A DNA stretch of 64,000 nucleotides, from positions 21,778 through 85,777 of the forward strand of contig JAEOTO010000015.1 of assembly GCA_016839805.1 (NCBI GenBank), given 5' to 3'. The translations under genes were made by a program, and so were the position numbers. Positions 36,909 to 45,775 of the stretch are shown here, piece after piece. The notes below the pieces were generated by a model. It had not been told where the DNA came from. It worked only from the letters and a program-made list of their open reading frames with translations, and did not search any database. Source of the DNA: Candidatus Hermodarchaeota archaeon. GTDB lineage: Archaea; Asgardarchaeota; Hermodarchaeia; Hermodarchaeales; Hermodarchaeaceae. Every line of letters starts with the position of its first letter. Position 1 is the stretch's first letter.

Positions 36909-37676
36909 TTGAAGAAACGCATTCAACCACATATACGACTCGGTGAAGGTGACGTCGCGAAAATCGTGTTTATTGCAGGAAATCCCGACCGCGTCCCTAA
37001 AATTGCAAATAAGATGAAAGATCCTGCTGAAATTGGAAACTATCGCGGTCTCGTATCGTATCGCGCTTTTACTCCCGAAGGTGTTGAGGTTACAGTAGCT
37101 ACCTCGGGGATGGGTACGCCCTCTACCCACATTGTCATCGAAGAACTCCATAAACTAGGTGCTGAAGTATTTATTCGGATTGGAACCTGTGGCGGTGTCA
37201 ATCCCAAACTAAAAACTGGAGATGTCGTTGTGGCGACAGGTGCAGTTCGTGATGAACTCACTAGCTCCAATTATGCCCCTATGGAATACCCGGCAGTCGC
37301 AACTCCAGAATTATATTTAGCCCTCCTCAAAGCGATTCAAGAGCTTCTTCCTACAACTCGCATTCATGCAGGCCTTGTTTGGTCAACTGATATCTACTAT
37401 GATCATCGTGAGGGAGATATCTTAGGGCGGTGGACACGGGCACGCGTCCAATGTGTGGAAATGGAATCCTCATTACTTTTTGTCTTTGCACAAACCCGTG
37501 GAATCCATGCTGGTTCAATCTTAGCATGTGATGGCAACCTCCATTCCCACCAGAAAGGTGAACAGACCGATGAGACAGAACAAACCGGAGAACAGAACCC
37601 CCTCTTAGTGGAAGCCGTGTCTAAAGAAACTGAAGCCGCAATCAAAGCCGTTGATGAATTATACGCATCAAAATAG
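36909..37676 (+). CDS. Nucleoside phosphorylase, PNP/UDP family 1 (uridine/purine nucleoside phosphorylase)
   Basis: GNPDRV, TSGMGTPSTHIVIEEL, RIGTCGG, RDE, VEMES. TTG start. Confidence 0.85.
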   Translation: MKKRIQPHIRLGEGDVAKIVFIAGNPDRVPKIANKMKDPAEIGNYRGLVSYRAFTPEGVEVTVATSGMGTPSTHIVIEELHKLGAEVFIRIGTCGGVNPKLKTGDVVVATGAVRDELTSSNYAPMEYPAVATPELYLALLKAIQELLPTTRIHAGLVWSTDIYYDHREGDILGRWTRARVQCVEMESSLLFVFAQTRGIHAGSILACDGNLHSHQKGEQTDETEQTGEQNPLLVEAVSKETEAAIKAVDELYASK

Positions 37677-37804
37677 CTACTTTTCACGCCTCAAAGGATA
37701 GTGATAAGAAGGCAAAAGTCAAGATATAGATTGTTAAGGAGCAACAACCCTTAACCCCTAAGCAAGTAGCTCTTCACTCGAAGCGGTCTTCATATCAGTA
37801 ACTG

Positions 37805-38056
37805 ATGACTGATGAGGCTCATCCTAGGAGTGAAAAAACGTTGAGGCTAATCAAATGTACAATAAGAGGTCACGATTATGTACCTCTATACGCTAGACTC
37901 AACAATGACCCGGAAGGGCCCATTGAAGGAATCATGCACGTTTGCCGGCGCTGCGGCAATCAGAAACCATTCCAAGGTTTACTCCGTAAGGGAGCTAAGC
38001 TCTTCAACGATAAGGGTCAGTGGCTGACCACCGTTGAAAAAGAAGCTGTTATCTAA
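37805..38056 (+). CDS. Hypothetical small protein with a possible zinc-binding pair (C..H / CRRCG)
   Basis: 83-aa isolated ORF followed by a T6 run (38058-38063). No family recognised. Confidence 0.4.
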   Translation: MTDEAHPRSEKTLRLIKCTIRGHDYVPLYARLNNDPEGPIEGIMHVCRRCGNQKPFQGLLRKGAKLFNDKGQWLTTVEKEAVI

Positions 38057-38220
38057 CTTTTTTGTCGAAAACTATTACAATTACTTCAGCTAACTGGCTA
38101 TGATTTATCCCTCATTAGGAGCTGTTATGTTTTGCGAAATCAGCTGAAGGGTTGGAACCTGTTCCGTATAGTATACCTCATCGTGTTACTCATTGCCATG
38201 TTGGTGTACTTCGACTTTCA

Positions 38221-40815
38221 TTAACCCGTACTATTTTTGTTAGATATTAATAATCGCCAACCTAAAATGGCCATGATAGTAATGGGGAGAAAAATCGCAG
38301 TGAATGCTAGCACTAAGAGGAATGAGACATTAAAATTTAATCCTTGAGGAAATGGATCTTGGCTTGCTGCGCTTCCCGGAATAATAAACGGTATATCCCC
38401 ATATCCATCTCCATTCAAATCCCATCCAACATAATCCGACCAATAATTTCTTTGAAATACATTTGCCTCCCCTTCATCCCAACAATTTGTTATTCGGTTT
38501 TCTATGAAGATATTATTTACAATTTGGTTGTTAGTACTACTATTGTATAGAAATAGTCCATACTCGTTATCAGCCAAGATATTGAAAAAAATCCTGGCAG
38601 AATTTTCGTTTTGAACTTGTATTCCCCGTCCAAAATTATTGACACAGAAGTTATCTGAAATGAAGTTTAAGCTTCCTTCTTGGAGATTGATACCGGAACT
38701 TAAATTTTGACTACAATTATTGTAATTGATATCTATATAATGGACCTGAACAAGGGAAATCCCGTGTCCATTATCAATGAGTAGATTATGTGACACTGCA
38801 CATTCATTATTATCTTCCATATATTCCAAGTAAATACCTACAGAATTATTCGAACACACATTAGAAGAGATATTCAACCACGATAGTTCAGCTCCCCAAA
38901 TTCCAGAGTCAGAATTTCCTATGCAAACATTATCAGTAATAATACAGCTTCGTTCCCATAAAAGAGAAATCCCTACTTCATTAAATTCGCATGTATTGTT
39001 ATACATGAAACCATCTTCGTTGCCATACATTTCTATTCCATTGTTTTCATTATTTGAACAGATGTTGTTGAGAATGGAGTATGCTCGTCCATTGTTACAA
39101 TATATCCCCACCCGATTAAACTCGCAAAGATTATCGCTTATTGTGATGGTCTCAAAACTCGTTGCCCGTATTCCTATCCAATTATGAGTAAATCGATTTT
39201 CTGAAATCTCAATATATGCGCACTGAGTGATACTAATACCATAATCGCAATTATCAAATTGATTCTGAATGATTTGACAGTGCCTAGAGCTTATCAGAGT
39301 TAAGCCTTCGCCATCCCGAGGGTCATGTTGCCTATATCTATTACAAGTTATTGTACAGGAATCAGAAAATTCCAATCGAGTACCACAAGAGTACCGATGA
39401 TGTAGGTAAAAGAGGCTTTGCTGTACCCTGATGTTCGTTGAAAAACAAATCAGAACACTTGTTGTAAAGGCACTCATATATCGATTCTCTATTTGTATAT
39501 TACTACAATTGAACAGAAAAATCTGTGCAGCATTTGCTGGAATAGCAGCGTTAGTTTGATTGACGCAAAAAATGATCGGTTGCCCATTAATTGTGTTCCC
39601 TTGAAAATTTGACTGATTAATGTTTGGAAGGAGATAGGAGAACTCAATTCCACAGTCAATCAATGAATTATTTACTAAAACAACATGTTCAATGGGGGCT
39701 GTTATGAATCTGAAATCAGCCTTTCCTGTGTTATTAATTATCTTGTTATGGAGTGAACTGGAATAGAGATCGATACAACGCCAGTTTGAAAAAAGGGTAT
39801 TGTGTTGAATGAGATTCGAAGCTGCATGTTCTAATTCGATTGCTTCACGGCTTTGGCAGTTGTTATAGGTAATAGTATTGTTGTTTGAGTGCCAAAGCGA
39901 TATTCCACAATGACCCTCATTGATTGTGTTATTACTCAATTTGTTGTAGTGTGATAATGAAAGGCTGATTGGATAATTAGTGGAGAGAAAAGTATTGTTG
40001 GCGATTGTGTTGTTATGGGATGAATAAATGTAGACTCCATGATAATACCCTTGAAACGTGTTGAATCGCATCAAGTTATTTTGACAGCTATCGTAAAATT
40101 GAATATCGTAATTGTTGTCTATGAATGTGTTGTTTTGTATGGTCGTCCAAGAGCAGCCACACATTAGAATTCCTGTATTATCGGACCAACAGGTATTATT
40201 TCTCAGAGTGGCATTGACGGTGTTGAAGAGATGAATTCCAAACATATAGGGGGCTTCAAAGAGATTACAATTCGCGATAATAAAGTGTGCCTGAGTATTG
40301 CGGATCTCGATACAATCGCTAAGGGTGCCCGAAGCATTAATGTTAAGATTTTCAATGCGATAAGGATCTTGAAAGGTGCCGGATCCGGGCCACCCTTGTG
40401 TGATAAAATCATCATCACCAAGGATCCGAAACGGTTGATGATCGATGTTTGGACCAGGTAGAATAGGAATTGTTGTGTTTTTTTCTTGGAATTCTAATGA
40501 GTGTCCTGTTATGTAGCTAGTATTTTGGTTTTTAATAGGGATTCGTGAAAGTTGGGTAGGTTGGTAAGAATAGTTCGTTTGATTTGGCAATTGTTTGGTA
40601 ACAGATTCAATTTTTGTAGGGGTATCATGAGAGAATGGATAGGTTAAAACTGAATTGAAGTGAAATACTTGTATGAATGGGATAACCAGGGGCCCCGTTA
40701 GTATTAATACAAGGAGGTAATTCCTCTGTTGAATGGTTCTTCTGGTTCTAAACAGTTGCTGATTCACTTTTTGCCCCTCAAAAGATGCATTCAATTTACA
40801 TCTGGTGCCATCCAA
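38221..40815 (-). CDS. Right-handed parallel beta-helix (PbH1/NosD-like) repeat surface protein with N- and C-terminal TM segments
   Basis: Dozens of ~22-residue repeats of the form I..N.c..N..GI.l (for example ISENRFTHNWIGIRA, ISDNLCEFNRVGIYC, ILNNICSNNENNGIEM, ITDNVCIGNSDSGIWG). Many sequons. Hydrophobic C-terminus FLLVLAFTAIFLPITIMAILGW. Confidence 0.8.
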   Translation of the reverse strand: MDGTRCKLNASFEGQKVNQQLFRTRRTIQQRNYLLVLILTGPLVIPFIQVFHFNSVLTYPFSHDTPTKIESVTKQLPNQTNYSYQPTQLSRIPIKNQNTSYITGHSLEFQEKNTTIPILPGPNIDHQPFRILGDDDFITQGWPGSGTFQDPYRIENLNINASGTLSDCIEIRNTQAHFIIANCNLFEAPYMFGIHLFNTVNATLRNNTCWSDNTGILMCGCSWTTIQNNTFIDNNYDIQFYDSCQNNLMRFNTFQGYYHGVYIYSSHNNTIANNTFLSTNYPISLSLSHYNKLSNNTINEGHCGISLWHSNNNTITYNNCQSREAIELEHAASNLIQHNTLFSNWRCIDLYSSSLHNKIINNTGKADFRFITAPIEHVVLVNNSLIDCGIEFSYLLPNINQSNFQGNTINGQPIIFCVNQTNAAIPANAAQIFLFNCSNIQIENRYMSAFTTSVLICFSTNIRVQQSLFYLHHRYSCGTRLEFSDSCTITCNRYRQHDPRDGEGLTLISSRHCQIIQNQFDNCDYGISITQCAYIEISENRFTHNWIGIRATSFETITISDNLCEFNRVGIYCNNGRAYSILNNICSNNENNGIEMYGNEDGFMYNNTCEFNEVGISLLWERSCIITDNVCIGNSDSGIWGAELSWLNISSNVCSNNSVGIYLEYMEDNNECAVSHNLLIDNGHGISLVQVHYIDINYNNCSQNLSSGINLQEGSLNFISDNFCVNNFGRGIQVQNENSARIFFNILADNEYGLFLYNSSTNNQIVNNIFIENRITNCWDEGEANVFQRNYWSDYVGWDLNGDGYGDIPFIIPGSAASQDPFPQGLNFNVSFLLVLAFTAIFLPITIMAILGWRLLISNKNSTG

Positions 40816-40940
40816 TCAGTCGTAAATCGTCTTTATGAGATAAAAATTAGCAGGGTACACGTAAACACGGAGAAGATTGCTTCTAGTAATGTATAAAGAT
40901 TTATTTAGGCAAGTCAAGTGACTTCTATCTATCATCATCT

Positions 40941-41132
40941 TTGGTGACAGATATTATGAGTATTCATTGTCATGAAATGAAAAAGGGACAAATCTTCACT
41001 TGTGAAGACTGTGGGCTTGAACTGCAAGTAGTGACTGAATGTACCGAATGTGAGACGCCGGAAGGCACCTGTGGCTGCGAGGCCCCTTGCACCTTCGAAT
41101 GCTGTGGAAAAGATCTCACTCTCAAGAAGTAA
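40941..41132 (+). CDS. Small cysteine-rich metal-binding protein (desulforedoxin-like CxxC...CC frame with Cys-rich insert)
   Basis: FTCEDCGLELQVV ... ECCGKDL resembles the Dx/Dfx N-terminal FeCys4 motif (C-x2-C-G..V.V ... CCG). Twelve Cys in total. The ATG at 40956 is an alternative start. Confidence 0.45.
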   Translation: MVTDIMSIHCHEMKKGQIFTCEDCGLELQVVTECTECETPEGTCGCEAPCTFECCGKDLTLKK

Positions 41133-41166
41133 TCGATGTTTCTTCTAAAATGGTTCAATAAGGGAC

Positions 41167-41517
41167 TTAGGGTTTTATGTAAACCCATCCCTCTGCCTGT
41201 TTTTTTACCAGTTCACCGACACCTGAGGTCACGAACTCAACTGTATCCAACAAGAAATCTCGTCCTAGATTATTAGCGGCTAGCGAATTCTCACAAATCG
41301 CAAACACAACTCCACAGTTCACCAGCTTCTTGATTCTATTAGGGACTGGGCAGGTCTCAGTCACAAAGAGTTTCACACCTGCACCATTCACAACAAGTTC
41401 TACAGAGACCTCTCCCTCTCCAAGATCTGTGAGTAGATTCTCAATGTTGCTTAGCGCTAGTTTTAGGCGAAAGTTACTGCCTTCATCCAAATGAAACAGA
41501 ACTCGATATTTTGTCAT
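41167..41517 (-). CDS. DsrE/DsrF-like family protein (COG1416-type)
   Basis: From the internal ATG: MTKYRVLFHLDEGS...VELVVNGAGVKLF...FAICENSL...GWVYIKP matches the small DsrE-like family. The 33-codon upstream extension in the track ORF is hydrophobic or low-information. Confidence 0.7.
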   Translation of the reverse strand: MTKYRVLFHLDEGSNFRLKLALSNIENLLTDLGEGEVSVELVVNGAGVKLFVTETCPVPNRIKKLVNCGVVFAICENSLAANNLGRDFLLDTVEFVTSGVGELVKKQAEGWVYIKP

Positions 41518-41647
41518 TAGAATCCATCTCAGACGTTTTTTATTGCCTTGTGTTGTTAATTGGGTTATTTGTCTTTCTAAAACAAAAATACTTGAGAACA
41601 GTAAAGCTAAGGGCATCTTCCTGCACTAATACTGGAATGGTGATTTA

Positions 41648-42130
41648 GTGGCTGTCGGTCGATTTCAAGTCATGGCGGTTCTCCAAGCTGCACGGGCACA
41701 TATCCTCGGCTTAGAAATGTCCACTGCAAAAAGTTGGGGGCTAAATCGGGCGATTTTCTATGCAGCGGCAAAACGTGGCTTCAAAGGAGCCAAACCGTAC
41801 AAACGCTCACGAAGTGAGGTGAAAGAAACACCTGTCGCTGATACGCCAGAAGCCTTTCATTTAGGGAGTGAAATGGCCTTCAAAGCATCCACTGATGAAG
41901 GTCCCATGTTTTTTATGATGGGTGGAAAAGTCCAAACCGAAGAAGAATTCGAAAGACAAATCGCAACCCGATTTGCTGGAACATTTGATCAAGCATGGAG
42001 TGATGCCATTGAATATGTACAAGGCTTTGACAAGTCAACATTATTGTCGCAAAGTGGCTTTTTCAATCAAGTCTACAAACCTCGTCGAGATGAGCTAGCT
42101 ACAAAATGGTCTCAACTTGTGAAAGAATGA
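41648..42130 (+). CDS. Hypothetical protein
   Basis: 160-aa ORF with a GTG start. No recognisable motifs. The true start is uncertain. Confidence 0.4.
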   Translation: MAVGRFQVMAVLQAARAHILGLEMSTAKSWGLNRAIFYAAAKRGFKGAKPYKRSRSEVKETPVADTPEAFHLGSEMAFKASTDEGPMFFMMGGKVQTEEEFERQIATRFAGTFDQAWSDAIEYVQGFDKSTLLSQSGFFNQVYKPRRDELATKWSQLVKE

Positions 42131-42173
42131 AAAAAGAAGGATGGAGTGACGTTTTCTACAAGAACGTCACTAT

Positions 42174-42680
42174 TTAATGACCTACAATGCCTTTGAACAA
42201 CAACGTTAAACCACTGAGAATCGTTGCACCTGCAATGAACCACATCGTGTAAACGGGAAGAGCGAAGACAAGGGCTGCGATAATGAGTTGAACTAACCCA
42301 AGGAGAACCCCCAACCATTTGAAGGCGCCTCGAGGGCCACCGGCAAGCATCCAGAGAATCCAACTGAATCCTTCTAAGATGAGGGCACCGGCAAGCAGCC
42401 AGCCATTATAGGTGAGATAGAAGAATGGTGTCATGGCGGCTAATGCTATCAAGGTAATGCTGAAGATTACAGCAAGTCCTCGTAGCCAGCCGGGTGCGTC
42501 TTTGTGACCAATGGCACGGATAAGCCAGAGAAATCCGAAGAGTGCAATGGCTCCGGTAAAGAGAAGGTATTGTAGGTATTGATCAGCTAGGATGAATGTG
42601 GCTCCTGCGAGAATTATCCCGATGAGGGCAAAGAGTATCTCGAGACCACGCATCCATCCGGGAGTTTTTTCTTCGGCCAT
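42174..42680 (-). CDS. HdeD/DUF308-like membrane protein
   Basis: Three repeated helix pairs begin PGWMRGLEILFALIGIIL, PGWLRGLAVIFSITLIAL and GAFKWLGVLLGLVQLII, as in DUF308 repeats. Confidence 0.6.
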   Translation of the reverse strand: MAEEKTPGWMRGLEILFALIGIILAGATFILADQYLQYLLFTGAIALFGFLWLIRAIGHKDAPGWLRGLAVIFSITLIALAAMTPFFYLTYNGWLLAGALILEGFSWILWMLAGGPRGAFKWLGVLLGLVQLIIAALVFALPVYTMWFIAGATILSGLTLLFKGIVGH

Positions 42681-42920
42681 TATTGTTGACCTCGACGCGA
42701 AGTCACAATCTTTTCCTTAAAAAATTATCTATTGGTATCAACGTTTAATTTAGTCAATTTTCGAAGTATAGCACTCTCCTTCGAAAAACCCAGATACTTA
42801 AACTTTCAAACTAAAATTATAAATAAAAAATTAATAATACTTGACAAATAAATGGCGAAATTACAACAAAAAGACATTAAGTATCCGATAGTACTCGTCA
42901 ATAATTGGAGGTAATAACAA

Positions 42921-44114
42921 TTGCGCCGACGCTGGCTTGCTCTCATCCTAATTAGCATCATAATTATCTCTGGGATAGGTGTTATTATTTTTTGGAATTG
43001 GTTCAAACGCTCTACGCCACTTCAACATGAAATGGTTTGTCAACTCACCGGTGAAGGGGCTCTTAATGACACAACTGTTGTGAATGTCTATGGTGCTGAT
43101 TTAGGTCTAATGATTGAGTATCAAACCCGACTTCACTTCATTTTTGGCGATACTTTTGGTCCTGACAAATGGGACTGGCGATCAAATACTATGGCTTACA
43201 CGGATGACTCAGATCCCTCTGATGGAATTCTGTTAACAGGATGGATTACAGATACGGCCACACATCTGGCGAAAGAATTAATTCATAGCCAGAAAATTGA
43301 CGAGGTGGAAAAGACGGTGATCCCCACTGCAGCTTACAGCCATGATAGTTGTCTGTATATCTTTTACATGTCTGTTATTCAGTGGGGTGATGCAGGCGAT
43401 TGGACTTGTAATAATGCCAGCATTGCTTACTCCTTTGATGGCCACACCTTCATTGAAGCAACAAATATGTCCTGGCCTGGCTCTTCCCACTTCATTGAAT
43501 GGGGCTATATCAAAGGGGATGCCACAGCACCTTCCACAGGAGGATACCTCTACTTTCTCACAACCGGCAGTGGTCGATATCACGACTGTTACCTAGCGCG
43601 GGTCTTAGAAAACCAGATTTTGAATCAAAGTGGCTACCAATACTGTGCAGGGTTGGACTCCAGCGATTTACCTATCTGGTCTTCAAATCATGCTGATGCA
43701 CAACCTGTTATCGAAGCACCAACCGGTGAAGTATCGGTGATGTGGAATTCATATCTTGAGAGGTACATGATGATGAATCTCGACGAGGTTGCAAAGAAGA
43801 TCGTTATTCGGATGGCCCAAATGCCCTGGGGACCTTGGAGTCAACCCCATACGGTGATTACCCGCCCCGAATATATCGGGTTTTATGCACCAAATATTGA
43901 TCCACTAATGGTTGAGGATAATGGGCGAATTGTGTATTTTTCCATGAGTCTCTGGGCTGAGTATAATGTGTATCTCATGAGGGTTGACTTGACAAGTCTA
44001 TGGGGAATATATCATCCGAGTTGCACCATGTTTCTCAATTCCTCTGTGTATTGGGTTAGAGAAATTCACATAAACCTGATGGGCAACCTAAAGGTTGTGA
44101 TGCGAGATGAATAA
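42921..44114 (+). CDS. DUF4185 domain protein (beta-propeller, glycoside-hydrolase-like) with N-terminal TM anchor
   Basis: TTG start. TM is WLALILISIIIISGIGVIIFW. DLGLMIEYQTRLHFIFGDTFG is the characteristic DUF4185 block. Confidence 0.65.
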   Translation: MRRRWLALILISIIIISGIGVIIFWNWFKRSTPLQHEMVCQLTGEGALNDTTVVNVYGADLGLMIEYQTRLHFIFGDTFGPDKWDWRSNTMAYTDDSDPSDGILLTGWITDTATHLAKELIHSQKIDEVEKTVIPTAAYSHDSCLYIFYMSVIQWGDAGDWTCNNASIAYSFDGHTFIEATNMSWPGSSHFIEWGYIKGDATAPSTGGYLYFLTTGSGRYHDCYLARVLENQILNQSGYQYCAGLDSSDLPIWSSNHADAQPVIEAPTGEVSVMWNSYLERYMMMNLDEVAKKIVIRMAQMPWGPWSQPHTVITRPEYIGFYAPNIDPLMVEDNGRIVYFSMSLWAEYNVYLMRVDLTSLWGIYHPSCTMFLNSSVYWVREIHINLMGNLKVVMRDE

Positions 44115-44266
44115 CGTGTATGATATTATTATCATTGGGGGGTGAACCTGCAGGGCTTTCTATGGCTATTTATTCAGCGCTTATGGCAATGAAGACTCTC
44201 ATTTTAGAAGGGCAATGGTTCGGCGGGCGGGCTGCTACCGTTCCTGATGTATGAAACTATTAGGGG
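44107..44266 (+). pseudogene. Decayed 5' fragment of thioredoxin-disulfide reductase (trxB-like)
   Basis: ATG..MNNVYDIIIIGG, then a +1 frameshift at a G6 run (44137-44142). It continues EPAGLSMAIYSALMAMKTLILEGQWFGGRAATVPDV*NY*G, which is the FAD GxGxxG fold and a VENYPG motif interrupted by TGA and TAG. Only ~50 of ~310 codons are present. Confidence 0.6.
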
Positions 44267-44407
44267 GTAATGGCGGGAACCAATGCATACTGATATGTGA
44301 AGAAACGGAAATCTAACTAGTTAATATTAAGAATTTAGTAGATTCTGAAATCTAATCTCCATGTGATACGCTTAGGAGACACACAATTTCAGTAACTTTG
44401 AGTTGGT

Positions 44408-45760
44408 CTAATTTGTGGGAATGGATAATTTAGTCCAGTCAACGAAATCTTCGCGTTTACGGTCAATGCGCGTACTTAACCAGGTAATAAGGTCATGAAC
44501 AGTTTTGATAGCAGCAGGGTGCATCATCATGAAAACATCCACACCTGCTAAGAGGAACATCAGTGCTGTTGTACTCTCCCAAATAGGTCCTCGAAGCTCT
44601 CGGGGTCCCAATTCAGGTCGTTTCATCCAGGCTTCCCGGGCTGCCCAGGCATTTGTTGTGCCACTACTTAACGGAAATTGAAGTTCTGAATCCCCTAATA
44701 ATCCCGCTAATCGCATGCGTTCCATGATGGTGAAACTATACTCCGCACCATAGCCCAGAGCTGCCGTTGTCGGATCGATGATAATTTGATCCGGGGTGAT
44801 GTAATCGAGGAGTCGACGATTGAGTTCCTTTTGCTGGTTGATATCAATGCTAGTCCAAGAGAGTACAAGTTGATTATGGGCCTTAGCTGCTTTGGCCACA
44901 GGTTCCCACATATCGACGGTAGCTGACGCAAGCAGGACACGTTCGCCTTCAGCGACTTCAGCAGCCTTAGCGAGTATTTCGGCATCCTTCGTTGGATCGC
45001 CGGAACCCCCGACGATGATTGGTACCTTTACTGCCTGTAATACCTTTTCAAAACCTTTCATTGCCTCTTTTACGCTTGTATCCTCGAGGAGGGGATCGGT
45101 GCTAATCATGTGATAAGTGATGAAGTCTGCATCGAATTTGTCGATGACGAGTCGTGCCCAGTCGACAGGATCATCCATGACATCATCGTAATGGACACGA
45201 ACAGCTTTGGCGAGTTTAATCCGCATGTCAAAGACGTCAGCAGCGACAACAGGTAGATGCTTTGGTGAAGACTGAAAGAGATTCCAGGCAGGAGTCTTAT
45301 GGCCACCCACTGTGATCGTTTTACTTCGCGATCCGCCTTCGGCTTTTGTAGCACCAAGAGTGATTTCACGGATTTGACCGGAATACTCTGTTAGTGGTGC
45401 CTTGAAACGGGCTTTAAGTAACTTATCAGGGCGAACAGCTGTCGGAATCCCTGGGATGGACACAGATGATTGCCCAGTGGACATTTGTACATTGTATCCC
45501 AAGGCTGCGAGCATTTGCTGGGCAAATTGTTGCATGGCAAAAGCGTTTTGCGCGAGGAATTGGTGAGCTGGTCCAGCTATACCCCCAACACCTCCTGGGG
45601 GAACAGTAACTTCGAGTTCATCGACATCAATGGTTATCTCTTCCAGTTCCAATTCTTGGAACTTGCCAAATATGGCTTCCAGGGGACCTAGAATACCTAG
45701 TGCGGGATCATCTCCGGACAGCACGAGCTCGTTTTTCTCTTTCTTCTTTTTTGGCGACAT
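44408..45760 (-). CDS. cdhD: Acetyl-CoA decarbonylase/synthase complex subunit delta (corrinoid Fe-S protein small subunit)
   Basis: 450 aa, last gene of the cdhABCD string. It has a TIM-barrel-like region (ITLGATKAEGGSRSKTITVGGHKTP, VKVPIIVGGSGDP), no N-terminal Cys cluster (so not gamma), and an archaeal-type N-terminal extension. Confidence 0.78.
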   Translation of the reverse strand: MSPKKKKEKNELVLSGDDPALGILGPLEAIFGKFQELELEEITIDVDELEVTVPPGGVGGIAGPAHQFLAQNAFAMQQFAQQMLAALGYNVQMSTGQSSVSIPGIPTAVRPDKLLKARFKAPLTEYSGQIREITLGATKAEGGSRSKTITVGGHKTPAWNLFQSSPKHLPVVAADVFDMRIKLAKAVRVHYDDVMDDPVDWARLVIDKFDADFITYHMISTDPLLEDTSVKEAMKGFEKVLQAVKVPIIVGGSGDPTKDAEILAKAAEVAEGERVLLASATVDMWEPVAKAAKAHNQLVLSWTSIDINQQKELNRRLLDYITPDQIIIDPTTAALGYGAEYSFTIMERMRLAGLLGDSELQFPLSSGTTNAWAAREAWMKRPELGPRELRGPIWESTTALMFLLAGVDVFMMMHPAAIKTVHDLITWLSTRIDRKREDFVDWTKLSIPTN

Positions 45761-45775
45761 GATTCATCGCCTCGC

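Noticed and set aside
36837-37151. 104-aa minus-strand ORF overlapping the start of the nucleoside phosphorylase gene.
   Set aside because: It overlaps a well-supported plus-strand gene and has no motifs, so it is probably spurious.
41518-41616. Longer start for the DsrE-like gene (149-aa track ORF).
   Set aside because: The conserved DsrE-like family alignment begins at MTKYRVLFHLDEG. The upstream 33 codons are not family-like.
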